Shown piece after piece: positions 1-8,860 of a stretch of DNA of 38,005 bases. A model generated the notes under the pieces. The model saw only the letters and a program-made list of their open reading frames with translations. It ran no database searches and was not told the DNA's origin. Where the stretch lies: positions 1 through 38,005 of the forward strand of contig JAYZBV010000038.1 of assembly GCA_036338595.1 (NCBI GenBank). The letters run 5' to 3'. The translations under genes were made by a program, and so were the position numbers. This DNA is from Planctomycetota bacterium (GTDB taxonomy: Bacteria > Planctomycetota > UBA8108 > UBA1146). Each line of letters begins with the position of its first letter. Position 1 is the stretch's first letter.

Positions 1-1671
1 TGGTGCGACCATCATGTGGGCTGCTCCGACGACCACCGATAACTGCCCGGGAGCCACGCTCTCGAGCACGCACCAGCCAGGAGAGAACTTCCCGGTCGGT
101 ACGACAACGGTGACCTACACCTCGGATGACGCCAACGGGCTCTCCAGCAATGGCTCCTTCGATATCACGGTGACCGACGACGAACTGCCGGTGTTCGATT
201 CTGCTCCTGGCGACATGCCGCTGGATACAGATCCTGGCAGCTGTGAGACGATCGTCACCTGGGCAGAGCCTCTGACCAGTGACAACTGTGGACCAAATCC
301 GCTACTCAGCGGCACGCATCTGTCGGGTTCGTCATTCCCACTCGGGGATACCACGGTGACATACACCGTCGAGGATCAGCACGGAAACACCGCACAGAGT
401 TCATTCGTCATCACCATCAGTGATAATGAAGACCCGACGCTATCCGGCGTTCCGACTTCCTTCACGGTGACCAACGATCCGGACCTCTGTGGAGCCACGG
501 TATCCTGGGCAGAGCCAACTGCTGCGGATAACTGTGGAATCGCTGGCACAAACAGTGATGTCCAGAGCGGGTCGTTCCTGGATGTCGGTGATACTACCGT
601 CACCTATGCGACGACAGACCAGAGTGGAAATCTGACCACCCAGGCCTTCACGGTCACGGTGCTCGATGACCAGAATCCTCAGTTCACCAGCGCACCTGCC
701 AGCGTTACCCAGGGTACTGACCGGGGCGCTTGCGGAGCCGTTGTCATGTGGGCAGCTCCCACGATCTTCGAGAACTGTGGTTCGCAATCTCTGGATTCCA
801 GTCATGGTTCAGGTTCCTTCTTCGAAAAAGGCTCCACGACCGTGACAATGACCTCGACAGATGGCAGTAACAATTCAACAACTCACACCTTCTCGGTGAC
901 CATCGAGGATACCGAGGATCCGACCCTGTCAGGCACGCCGCTTGATCTGTCGACGACGGCAGATCCAGGTTCTTGTGGGGCTCTTGTCAGCTGGACTCCT
1001 CCGACAGCAGCCGATAACTGCCCGGGTGAGCAGCTCGATGCAAGCCACCAGCCCGGCGACTTCTTCGATGTTGGTTCTACGACCGTCTCCTTCACGGCAA
1101 CAGATTCGAGCGGGCTCTCCGTTTCGACCAGTTTCAGTGTGACCGTGACCGATGACGAGGCACCGGCTTACTCCGGAGCACCGGCTTCGCAGGATCTCTC
1201 CAGCGACCCCGGTTCCTGTGGGGCAGTCGCCACCTGGGCTGCACACAGCAATTCTGATAACTGTGGTGTTGCCTCGGATACGTCGACCTCTGCATCGGGT
1301 GACTTCTTCGGACTCGGTACGACGACCGTGACGATGACTCTCGACGATATTCACGGAAACTCCACGACACATGAGTTCTCGATCACCGTCACCGACACGG
1401 AAGCGCCGGTGATTCATGATCTTCCCACCAGCATGACCCAGACCGCCGAGGCGGGTACATGTGGTGCGACCATCATGTGGGCTGCTCCGACGGCCACCGA
1501 TAACTGCCCGGGAGCCACGCTCTCGAGTACGCACCAGCCAGGAGAGAACTTCCCGGTCGGTACGACAACGGTGACCTACATCTCGGATGACGCCAACGGG
1601 CTCTCCAGCAGTGGCTCCTTCGATATCACGATCACCGACGACGAACTGCCGGTGTTCGATTCTGCTCCTGG
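1..1671 (+). repeat. Near-identical direct repeat inside the HYR gene: 1-~210 and 1462-~1671 (offset 1461 nt = 487 codons = 6 modules)
   Basis: TGGTGCGACCATCATGTGGGCTGCTCCGACG...TTCGATTCTGCTCCTGG occurs at both positions with only a handful of substitutions. Confidence 0.9.
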
Positions 1672-3400
1672 TGACATGGCGCTCGATACCGATCCGGGTA
1701 ACTGCAGTGCTGTGACAACATGGTCAGATCCGACGACCAGTGACAACTGCGGAGTTCAGGGATCCGGTTCATCGCACTCCTCTGGAATGGCCTTCCCGGT
1801 GGGCGATACGACCGTCACCATGACTCTGGACGATGTCAACGGTAACTCTGCGTCGCACTCGTTCACGATCACCGTCACTGACAATGAGGCTCCGGAACTG
1901 GCAGGAATGCCGGGTTCGATGTCCTCTACCAACGATCCTGATCAGTGTGGAGCCAGCGTCAGCTGGAGTGAGCCAACCAGTTCTGATAACTGCCCGGGTG
2001 AAGGCACCAATAGTTCTCACTCACCTGGTGACTTCTTCGATGTTGGTACGACAACGGTCAGTTACATGGTCACTGACACTGCTGGAAACAGCAGCAACTA
2101 CTCCTTCGATGTGACCGTCACCGACGATCAGGCTCCTGAGTACGATTCGGCTCCCGCCGATGTCACGCTCAGTTCTCTGCCTGGCGAATGTGGTTCGACG
2201 GCTACCTGGCCAAGTGCGGTGACCAGTGATAACTGCGGCAGTGAAGTCCTCACCAGTAGTGCAACTTCAGGCGACTACTTCGATGTCGGTACTACAACGG
2301 TGACGATGAGTCTGTTGGATCTGCACGGTAACACTGCGCGGCACAACTTCACTGTCACGGTGATCGATGATGAGTTCCCGTCCTTCAGCAATTTGCCGGC
2401 CGACATGTCTCTGGACACGGATGCCGGAGAGTGTGGAGCGATCGGTTCCTGGACACCGCCGACTGCGAGTGATAACTGTGCGCTCGGCGAGTATGTGACC
2501 AGCCACCTTCCTGGAGACTTCTTCCCGGTGGGCACGACGACGGTTTCGTTCGCCCAGGCCGATGTGAATGGCAACCTTGTCGCTGGAACACTGCTCATCA
2601 CGGTGACCGACAATGAAGGTCCGACGATCACAACCAGCGGCGATATCACGGAGCCGGCACCTGTCGGTACCTGTATCGCAACGCTGACGATTCCGACTCC
2701 GACGATCACCGACAACTGCGTTGTCATTGATCTCTACAACAACCTCAATGGCACCGACAATGCCAGCGGCACATTCGATCACGGAACGACGACCATCGTC
2801 TGGACCGGTATCGACAACCACGGCAACACTTCGGAAGTCCTGCAATCAGTGACGGTCACCGTTCCCCAGGCGGATTGTAACGCCAACGGTAGTCCGGATG
2901 TCTGTGACCTGGCTTCTGGAACGTCAGAGGACTGTGACGGCAATGATGTGCCGGACGAGTGCGATATCGACTGTAACCAGAATGGTTCACCTGACGCATG
3001 CGATATCTCCGGAGGTACCAGCGTTGACTGCAACGGCAATGGTGTGCCAGACGAGTGTGACCTGGAGAACATGGATAGCCTCGATACCAACGCCAACAGT
3101 ATCCCCGATGAGTGCGAGCCTTCGTTCCTTCGCGGCGATGCCAACGAGGATGGCGGTGTCGACATTGCTGATGCGATCCACATGCTCTACGCCCTGATGC
3201 TGGGCGGCGCACAGTCCGGTTGTACTGACGCCACCGACGCAAACGATGACAGTGCACATGACATTTCGGATATCATCTTCGTGCTGAACTACCAGTTCCA
3301 GAACGGCGCTCCGCCGCCGGCACCGGGACCGCTTGAGTGCGGCATCGATATGACCCCTGATGATGGCCTCGGTTGTGACAGTTACGGAGGATGTCCGTAA
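2..3400 (+). CDS. Large secreted HYR-repeat protein with Cys/Asp DCNxNGxPDxC repeats and C-terminal dockerin-like domain (5'-partial)
   Basis: 12 modules of ~81 aa (W..P..DNC...S.H.PG..FPVG.TTVT....D..GN.....F.VTV.D), which is the HYR pattern. These are followed by 5 DCNxNG-like repeats and the FLRGDANEDGGVDIADAI...DANDDSAHDISD dockerin-like tail. The frame is open to the window edge; stop is TAA at 3398-3400. Confidence 0.9.
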   Translation, partial: GATIMWAAPTTTDNCPGATLSSTHQPGENFPVGTTTVTYTSDDANGLSSNGSFDITVTDDELPVFDSAPGDMPLDTDPGSCETIVTWAEPLTSDNCGPNPLLSGTHLSGSSFPLGDTTVTYTVEDQHGNTAQSSFVITISDNEDPTLSGVPTSFTVTNDPDLCGATVSWAEPTAADNCGIAGTNSDVQSGSFLDVGDTTVTYATTDQSGNLTTQAFTVTVLDDQNPQFTSAPASVTQGTDRGACGAVVMWAAPTIFENCGSQSLDSSHGSGSFFEKGSTTVTMTSTDGSNNSTTHTFSVTIEDTEDPTLSGTPLDLSTTADPGSCGALVSWTPPTAADNCPGEQLDASHQPGDFFDVGSTTVSFTATDSSGLSVSTSFSVTVTDDEAPAYSGAPASQDLSSDPGSCGAVATWAAHSNSDNCGVASDTSTSASGDFFGLGTTTVTMTLDDIHGNSTTHEFSITVTDTEAPVIHDLPTSMTQTAEAGTCGATIMWAAPTATDNCPGATLSSTHQPGENFPVGTTTVTYISDDANGLSSSGSFDITITDDELPVFDSAPGDMALDTDPGNCSAVTTWSDPTTSDNCGVQGSGSSHSSGMAFPVGDTTVTMTLDDVNGNSASHSFTITVTDNEAPELAGMPGSMSSTNDPDQCGASVSWSEPTSSDNCPGEGTNSSHSPGDFFDVGTTTVSYMVTDTAGNSSNYSFDVTVTDDQAPEYDSAPADVTLSSLPGECGSTATWPSAVTSDNCGSEVLTSSATSGDYFDVGTTTVTMSLLDLHGNTARHNFTVTVIDDEFPSFSNLPADMSLDTDAGECGAIGSWTPPTASDNCALGEYVTSHLPGDFFPVGTTTVSFAQADVNGNLVAGTLLITVTDNEGPTITTSGDITEPAPVGTCIATLTIPTPTITDNCVVIDLYNNLNGTDNASGTFDHGTTTIVWTGIDNHGNTSEVLQSVTVTVPQADCNANGSPDVCDLASGTSEDCDGNDVPDECDIDCNQNGSPDACDISGGTSVDCNGNGVPDECDLENMDSLDTNANSIPDECEPSFLRGDANEDGGVDIADAIHMLYALMLGGAQSGCTDATDANDDSAHDISDIIFVLNYQFQNGAPPPAPGPLECGIDMTPDDGLGCDSYGGCP

Positions 3401-3425
3401 GCAGCCGCTGACATCGATTGAGGTT

Positions 3426-3468
3426 GGGCCCGGGAAGGTAACATTACCTTTCCGGGCCCTTCCATTTT
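3426..3468 (+). terminator. Intrinsic terminator downstream of the HYR gene
   Basis: GGGCCCGGGAAGGTA-acat-TACCTTTCCGGGCCC, a 15-bp stem with one G-U pair, followed by TTCCATTTT. Confidence 0.75.
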
Positions 3469-3563
3469 CGTGCTCGGATGTGGGATCATGACCAGTAGGT
3501 CAGCCAGGTCAGCGGTCAGCGCCGCGCCAGGTATTGAACTGGTCGAGTCTGAAAGGGGGTTCC

Positions 3564-3755
3564 GTGGCCGATGATCCTTCAAAGGAGATGCAGGATCTGG
3601 AGATCAGGGTTGCGTTTCAGGAGCGATATAACGAGAAGTTGAAGCAAGAACTGCTCGACATGGAGAGGCGCCTCACCTCGGCAGAGGGGAGGATCGCCTC
3701 GTTGATCCAGCAACTGAACACCGGGTCTGGAGAGCAGGGAACCGACTCTCTCTAG
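3564..3755 (+). CDS. slyX: SlyX-family small coiled-coil protein
   Basis: DLEIRVAFQERYNEKL resembles the SlyX LE.RLAFQE motif. GTG start at 3564 follows AAGGGGG. Confidence 0.6.
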   Translation: MADDPSKEMQDLEIRVAFQERYNEKLKQELLDMERRLTSAEGRIASLIQQLNTGSGEQGTDSL

Positions 3756-4147
3756 ACCTCGGCCTCGGCCTCGTGCTTCTCGGCATTCACATCGATGCCA
3801 CTACCATCGTTTCCGCTGTCATCGTCATCGCCATCGTCGCCATCGTCCTCGTCGTCCTGGAATAGCTCGGGGGCTACTTCCTCGACGGTATCGAGCAGGA
3901 TGGATGCAACGGCACCGACATCGCGGATATCGATGTTGTTCTCATCATGAAGTTTTTCGAGAGTGATGAGCATCGCCTGGTGGAATTCATGATCCATCTG
4001 CTCGAGTTTCTCAGCATCCAGGTCTTCGATGACGGTGTCTTCGTCTACTTCCAGTCCGATGTGTTTGACCTCGAGTGCGTTCTGGAACTCCTCGAAACCC
4101 TCGATGAGCATCACGAGAGCGTTTTGAATCTGATCTTGATCTGACAT
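3752..4147 (-). CDS. Hypothetical acidic protein (131 aa)
   Basis: ATG preceded by GGAGGA; D/E-rich helical protein; no family recognised. Confidence 0.65.
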   Translation of the reverse strand: MSDQDQIQNALVMLIEGFEEFQNALEVKHIGLEVDEDTVIEDLDAEKLEQMDHEFHQAMLITLEKLHDENNIDIRDVGAVASILLDTVEEVAPELFQDDEDDGDDGDDDDSGNDGSGIDVNAEKHEAEAEV

Positions 4148-4210
4148 GTTGTTGTCCTCCTGGTTTCGCGCCCATCTTACTGTACATCGCTGCCGAGTAA
4201 CCGTGATCTC

Positions 4211-4250
4211 GAAGAAAGAAGGCTCCGCCCCCGGGCCGGGGGCGGAGCCT
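4211..4250 (-). terminator. Intrinsic terminator for the 4281-4943 gene
   Basis: Perfect 14-bp inverted repeat AGGCTCCGCCCCCG/CGGGGGCGGAGCCT (4220-4250), followed on the minus strand by TCTTTCTTC. Confidence 0.8.
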
Positions 4251-4280
4251 CATGTGCCGATTATTGTACTGGAAGGGTGT

Positions 4281-4943
4281 TCAATCTCCCTTGGGGGTGG
4301 CTTTTTCCTTCTTCTCGACCTTGCTCTTGCCCTTCGGTGCGACCTTCACCATCTGGATGTACTTGGCAGGATCGAGGGCGACCTTGGAGATGCAGCCCTT
4401 ACAGCAAACCTTCACCAGCGTATTGCCGACGACCACATTCTTGGCCGGGCCCATGCTTCCGAGGGGCTCCCCGGAGATGACGCAGGTTTCGAGCGGGTAC
4501 TTGCGAACCTGAGCCTTGATGATGGCCTTGTCAATTTCCATGAACATCTTCTCTGGAACCTTCGCCTTGATCTTGCGAACGCATCCGCCGCAGCAGACGC
4601 GCACGAGACGATTGTTGACGACGATGCTTTTGGCCTTGTCATCGAGCTTCTCACCGGAGAGCACGCAGGTATCCAGGGGATAGCTGGTCTTCTGGACTTC
4701 GATGATCTTCTTGTCGATGATCTCGAAGAACTTGGCCGGCTCTGCATTGAACTTGGGAACGCATCCCTGGCAGCAGAAGCGCACCTGTCGCCCTTCGTGG
4801 ACCACTTCGATCGCTTTACCCATCGATCCAAGTTTCTTCCCGGAGACAGCACAGATGTCGAGCGGGTAGGACTCGGCAGTGGGAACCTTGTCGGCGGGTG
4901 GGGTACCCGCTCCGATCACCAGGGTCAGGAGCAGCGGAAGCAT
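4281..4943 (-). CDS. Exported metal-binding protein with three YHS/TRASH-like domains (CxxSG...CCxGC)
   Basis: Signal-like MLPLLLTLVIGAG, then 3 repeats of YPLxxCxxSGxxL...VRxCCxGC. ATG at 4943 follows GAGG. Confidence 0.8.
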   Translation of the reverse strand: MLPLLLTLVIGAGTPPADKVPTAESYPLDICAVSGKKLGSMGKAIEVVHEGRQVRFCCQGCVPKFNAEPAKFFEIIDKKIIEVQKTSYPLDTCVLSGEKLDDKAKSIVVNNRLVRVCCGGCVRKIKAKVPEKMFMEIDKAIIKAQVRKYPLETCVISGEPLGSMGPAKNVVVGNTLVKVCCKGCISKVALDPAKYIQMVKVAPKGKSKVEKKEKATPKGD

Positions 4944-5082
4944 GGAAACCTCTTTCTCTTTTCGGGTCATGTAACGTACTGATTGCTGCCGGAACATCGT
5001 CGCGGAGCAAATTCCAACAGGTACCGTCGGTCAGACGGACCATCGGTGAACCGGGTCATCGAAACAGGAATGAACTGCCGGA

Positions 5083-6174
5083 TCAACCGTCCTTTTTCGC
5101 TTCTGTTGTGGCTATTTCGATCCGGATCCGTGCTTTGACCGGGAAATGATCACTGTAGCCCTCTTCCCAGTTGCCCCTGAATTTGCGGAACCGAGCCGGT
5201 CTGTAGGCATTCTGCTGAGAATCGCGCAGGAACTCGGGGCAATGAACCTCGATCGAGCCCGATACCAGACTGATCCCCGAGGCATCGAGCATTCCAGGGC
5301 TGACGATGACCTGGTCAAAACAGTTCCAGCTCCAGTCATTCCAGTAGTAATAGGTGCCCGTGTCGGAGCCGGCGGCAAAGGACCAGGATGGATTCCACAG
5401 GCGAGGGGAGTATTTTCCATCCCGACCCGGCTGAAGGTTGGATGGGTGGACAACGCTTCGCAGTTCGCGCACCGCCTTCAACTCCCTGCGGACCGAATCG
5501 TCCCAGGGATCGTCGTTGAGATCTCCGACGATGAGAATGTCGCTGTGGGTCGCCACTGCAAGGCGTGCATCGACGATCTGACGCACCGTCTGAGCCGCCG
5601 CAGCGCGCCTGGGAGCGCTCTTCTCTGCTCCTCCATAACGAGAGGGCCAGTGATTGACGAGTACCCACAGAGGCTGCTCTCCGGCCTTCATCGGCACTTC
5701 CAGAACGCCCCTGGTGGGCGATGCCCCGGTGCCGAGATCGATGGGGTGCAGTACGGGTGCTGCTGCCATCGAGAAGGGTGCCCGGTACAGCAGTGCCAGG
5801 TCGATGCCGCGATGATCCGGGGAATCGAGGTGAGCGATGGACCAGCCCTGCTCGGCAAGGATCGGCTGTGATACCAGATCTTCCAGCACCCTGCGGTTCT
5901 CCACCTCACAGACCGCTAGCAACTGGGTATCGAGCGAATCGACAGCGCGTGCCAGATGGTCGAGTTTTCTCAGGTACCTCGCCTCGTTCCACTCCTTATC
6001 GGGTAGGAATTCATCGTCGCCGGGGTTTTCCGGGTCATCCTCGTAATCGAACAGGTTTTCCAGATTCCAGAAGGAAACAGTGGCCTGCTGAGGTTTCCGG
6101 TCCGGCTCATCTGCGACAGTCGACAGAAGTAGGGATCCGAGGAACAATAGCGAGGTTGTGATCGTCATCTGCAT
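5083..6174 (-). CDS. Secreted endonuclease/exonuclease/phosphatase family protein
   Basis: WNLENLFD, CEVEN, DHRGID, VNHWPSR, GDLNDDP, FDQVIVS and GYSDHFPV motifs; signal peptide; ATG at 6174 follows GGAGG. Confidence 0.9.
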   Translation of the reverse strand: MQMTITTSLLFLGSLLLSTVADEPDRKPQQATVSFWNLENLFDYEDDPENPGDDEFLPDKEWNEARYLRKLDHLARAVDSLDTQLLAVCEVENRRVLEDLVSQPILAEQGWSIAHLDSPDHRGIDLALLYRAPFSMAAAPVLHPIDLGTGASPTRGVLEVPMKAGEQPLWVLVNHWPSRYGGAEKSAPRRAAAAQTVRQIVDARLAVATHSDILIVGDLNDDPWDDSVRRELKAVRELRSVVHPSNLQPGRDGKYSPRLWNPSWSFAAGSDTGTYYYWNDWSWNCFDQVIVSPGMLDASGISLVSGSIEVHCPEFLRDSQQNAYRPARFRKFRGNWEEGYSDHFPVKARIRIEIATTEAKKDG

Positions 6175-6336
6175 GGTGCCTCCGTGGTCAGGGTACAGTG
6201 CGCATCGTCGGTGCAATCGAGGCTCCAGGCAAGCCTACTGGCGATGGCGACTTCCCCTGACACCGATCTGGGGCGATATATTGGAAGAAACAGGAACGGA
6301 TCCGTGGCAAATGCCCGAGAAGAAAGGTGAGCAGTG

Positions 6337-6750
6337 ATGAGAAAATATCGAACTCCAGGGTACCTGGTACTGGGCCTCGCGGTGCTACTGCTGGGAGCGT
6401 GGATCCCGGGAGCGGCCAACAACGGCCCCGCTCTTGCGGATTACGAGGACCTGATCGGAGCGTGGGAGTCAGAAAGTGTCAGGGAGAGTTTCGAGATCTC
6501 CATAGGGGTGACCGCGCTAGGAAAGCCACGACAGATGAAGCGTCATGAAGAGGATCGTACCCAGTTGCTCGTCCCTCAACACTACGGCAACCTTGTCGGA
6601 ATTACCGGAAACGGAGAGTCTTCCGTCTTCTGGTATCAGGATGGAGAGGGTGTGGTGAGAAATGTTGTGGTCCCGGATTCAACCAAGAATGCGGTACGGA
6701 TTGAATTGCAGAATACGCGTAATTTCAATGTGAAGACCGTGCGGAACTAG
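6337..6750 (+). CDS. Hypothetical exported protein
   Basis: N-terminal hydrophobic signal (YLVLGLAVLLLGAWIPGAA); ORF fills the gap between two minus-strand genes. Confidence 0.65.
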   Translation: MRKYRTPGYLVLGLAVLLLGAWIPGAANNGPALADYEDLIGAWESESVRESFEISIGVTALGKPRQMKRHEEDRTQLLVPQHYGNLVGITGNGESSVFWYQDGEGVVRNVVVPDSTKNAVRIELQNTRNFNVKTVRN

Positions 6751-7910
6751 ACCTGAACGGCGGCCTTCACCTCGCCGGTGAGGAATGGGATCACCTCATC
6801 GGCGCGCGCCTTCGCATCGGCTTCACCCAGCGAAAGCAATGCCTCGATGTATTCGGGCTGGAACATCAATAGCGACAGTAAATCGTGGCTATCGGTCTCC
6901 TGGGTTCCGAGACCTCGCTCGAGAAAGCGAAACGGACCCGGCAAGCGCGGCTCGAAGTTGGCGGCCAGGATTCCCAGATCCTCGCTCGGTCTGGCGGTGA
7001 GCAGGTCCACCGGCCGAAGACCACATCTATCCTCCAGGGGTAATTTTTCGAGCAGGGAATTGAACCGTTGTGTGGTCGCAGAATCGAACTCGAGAGCGTC
7101 GAGGAAGACCGCATTCATCAATACACCGGCGACCTGGGCTGGAGGTGGGTATCCGCGCGCAGGGGAACTGACCGGATCGATACCCTCCGGCAGGTTCCTG
7201 GTAGAGATCGCCAGGATCCGGTTTGCTCCCAGATGCATCGCCGGGGAGAGGGGGGTTGTCTGTCGAACCCCGCCGTCACCATGCCAGGAGTCGCCGATCT
7301 TGATCGCAGGGAAGATGATCGGGATCGAACTGGAGGCCATGATGTGGTCGAGCCTGATCTTGGTCTCGACGCCCTCACGATAGGTTCGATTCCATGCGTT
7401 GGTATTGTTGCCGTGAATCCAGGTGACGGATCTGCCTGTTGAGTAATCGGTGGTGGTGATCGCGAGGGAATGCAGCCGTCCTCGAAGGATGTTCTCCTCG
7501 ATTCCAGGGATCTTCCCGTTGGGTAGGCAATTGGTTTCTCGGCACAGGAAATTTCTGAGTGGGTTGGTGTCGACAAGACCCCGTGTGGTGGGGGAAAAAG
7601 ATGATCCACCACTGATCAGCCGTAATCCCCAACGAGCCACCATCCCGGCAAGGGATCCAGTGTTTGCATCGAAGACCTGGTCCATCGTCAAGCCGGCCCA
7701 GAGTTTTCGGAGATCTTCCAGGCACTCCCCGAAGGTTCCTCTGTGGCGGGCAAGCTGAACGGCATTGATGGCGCCAGCGGAAGTGCCGCTGAGAATTGAG
7801 AAGCGGAAGTGCGGCAGCCTTTTGGCGATATAGCGCAGATATCCGGCCTGGTAGGCAGAGCGCGCTCCACCACCTCCGAGAACGAGGCCGATCCGGTTTT
7901 CTGTTTCCAT
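6747..7910 (-). CDS. Patatin-like phospholipase
   Basis: LVLGGGGARSAYQAG oxyanion loop, GTSAG catalytic Ser, ASSSIP, DGG catalytic Asp. Confidence 0.92.
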   Translation of the reverse strand: METENRIGLVLGGGGARSAYQAGYLRYIAKRLPHFRFSILSGTSAGAINAVQLARHRGTFGECLEDLRKLWAGLTMDQVFDANTGSLAGMVARWGLRLISGGSSFSPTTRGLVDTNPLRNFLCRETNCLPNGKIPGIEENILRGRLHSLAITTTDYSTGRSVTWIHGNNTNAWNRTYREGVETKIRLDHIMASSSIPIIFPAIKIGDSWHGDGGVRQTTPLSPAMHLGANRILAISTRNLPEGIDPVSSPARGYPPPAQVAGVLMNAVFLDALEFDSATTQRFNSLLEKLPLEDRCGLRPVDLLTARPSEDLGILAANFEPRLPGPFRFLERGLGTQETDSHDLLSLLMFQPEYIEALLSLGEADAKARADEVIPFLTGEVKAAVQV

Positions 7911-8118
7911 CTGCCACTCCAACCCGGGTTTTTCTATTCATCCAGGATCCGATGAAAGAATCGCATCTTCTGGAATAATCGGCACATCCGACGATCCGGC
8001 GTGAGGTCGGGCTTGCCCGGAGCGGTTTGGCGTGCCCTCATCTGCGGGTGGAGCGGTCTCTGCAGGGGACATCTCCGGGACCTGGAGGGGCGGCATCGAG
8101 AACCGCGAGGAGAACGCT

Positions 8119-8859
8119 TTGCTCTCGATAGTGATTCCGGTGCGAAATGGAGCGTCCCTGTTAGAAGGGACGGTGGAAGCCGTGCTTCAGTTCCTGGATA
8201 AACACGATCCATCGGACGGTGGGGAATTGATCGTGGTTAGCGATGGCTGCGTGGATGCACCTGAAACCGTACTCGAAGCTGTACTCGACAAGGACTCGAG
8301 GCTGCGTCTCGAGAGACTGGATCGTCCCAGAGGTAAAGGCGCTGCAGTTCGCCACGGAGTGCTGGCTGCGAGAGGAGCACAGATTGCATTTCTCGATGTG
8401 GACCTATCTGCACAACCACAGATGATTGCCCGCCTGTGCTCTGCTCTGGATGCGGGGGCAGATCTTGCGTGTGGGTCCAGACACGGGGCAGGATCGAAGA
8501 TCAAGATTTCACAGGGGACCCTCAGAGTCTGGCTCGGTGCGTTATTTCGATTTCTCGTGAGGATGACCACTCGGCTTCAGATCGGAGACACACAGTGCGG
8601 ATGCAAGGCGTTCCAACGCGATCAGGTGGCTCCGATTTTTGAACAGATGGTCGAAGAGGGGTTTGCATTTGACATCGAATTGTTGCTGGAAGCTCGACGC
8701 AGGGGACTGGTCATCGAGGAGGTTCCCATCGAGTGGTCCGATGGCGAGTCGAGTTCAGTGAGACCCATCCGTGACGGCCTGAAGATGCTGCTGGCGCTAC
8801 TGAGGCTATCCATCCGCGATCGGTTCCGACGCGGTGCCAGTAACCGCGAGAAGCAATAA
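8119..8859 (+). CDS. GT2 glycosyltransferase, dolichyl/polyprenyl-phosphate glucosyltransferase-like
   Basis: LSIVIPVRN, VSDG, GKGAAVRHGV, FLDVDLS, GSR, DTQCGCKAF, FAFDIELL, EVPIEW. TTG start at 8119 follows GAGGAG; the track starts at 8032. Confidence 0.88.
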   Translation: MLSIVIPVRNGASLLEGTVEAVLQFLDKHDPSDGGELIVVSDGCVDAPETVLEAVLDKDSRLRLERLDRPRGKGAAVRHGVLAARGAQIAFLDVDLSAQPQMIARLCSALDAGADLACGSRHGAGSKIKISQGTLRVWLGALFRFLVRMTTRLQIGDTQCGCKAFQRDQVAPIFEQMVEEGFAFDIELLLEARRRGLVIEEVPIEWSDGESSSVRPIRDGLKMLLALLRLSIRDRFRRGASNREKQ

Positions 8860-8860
8860 T

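Noticed and set aside
1..2870. Possible CRISPR array or mobile-element repeats
   Set aside because: The periodicity is ~243 nt, in frame and protein-coding (HYR modules); there are no short identical repeats with unique spacers and no cas or transposase genes.
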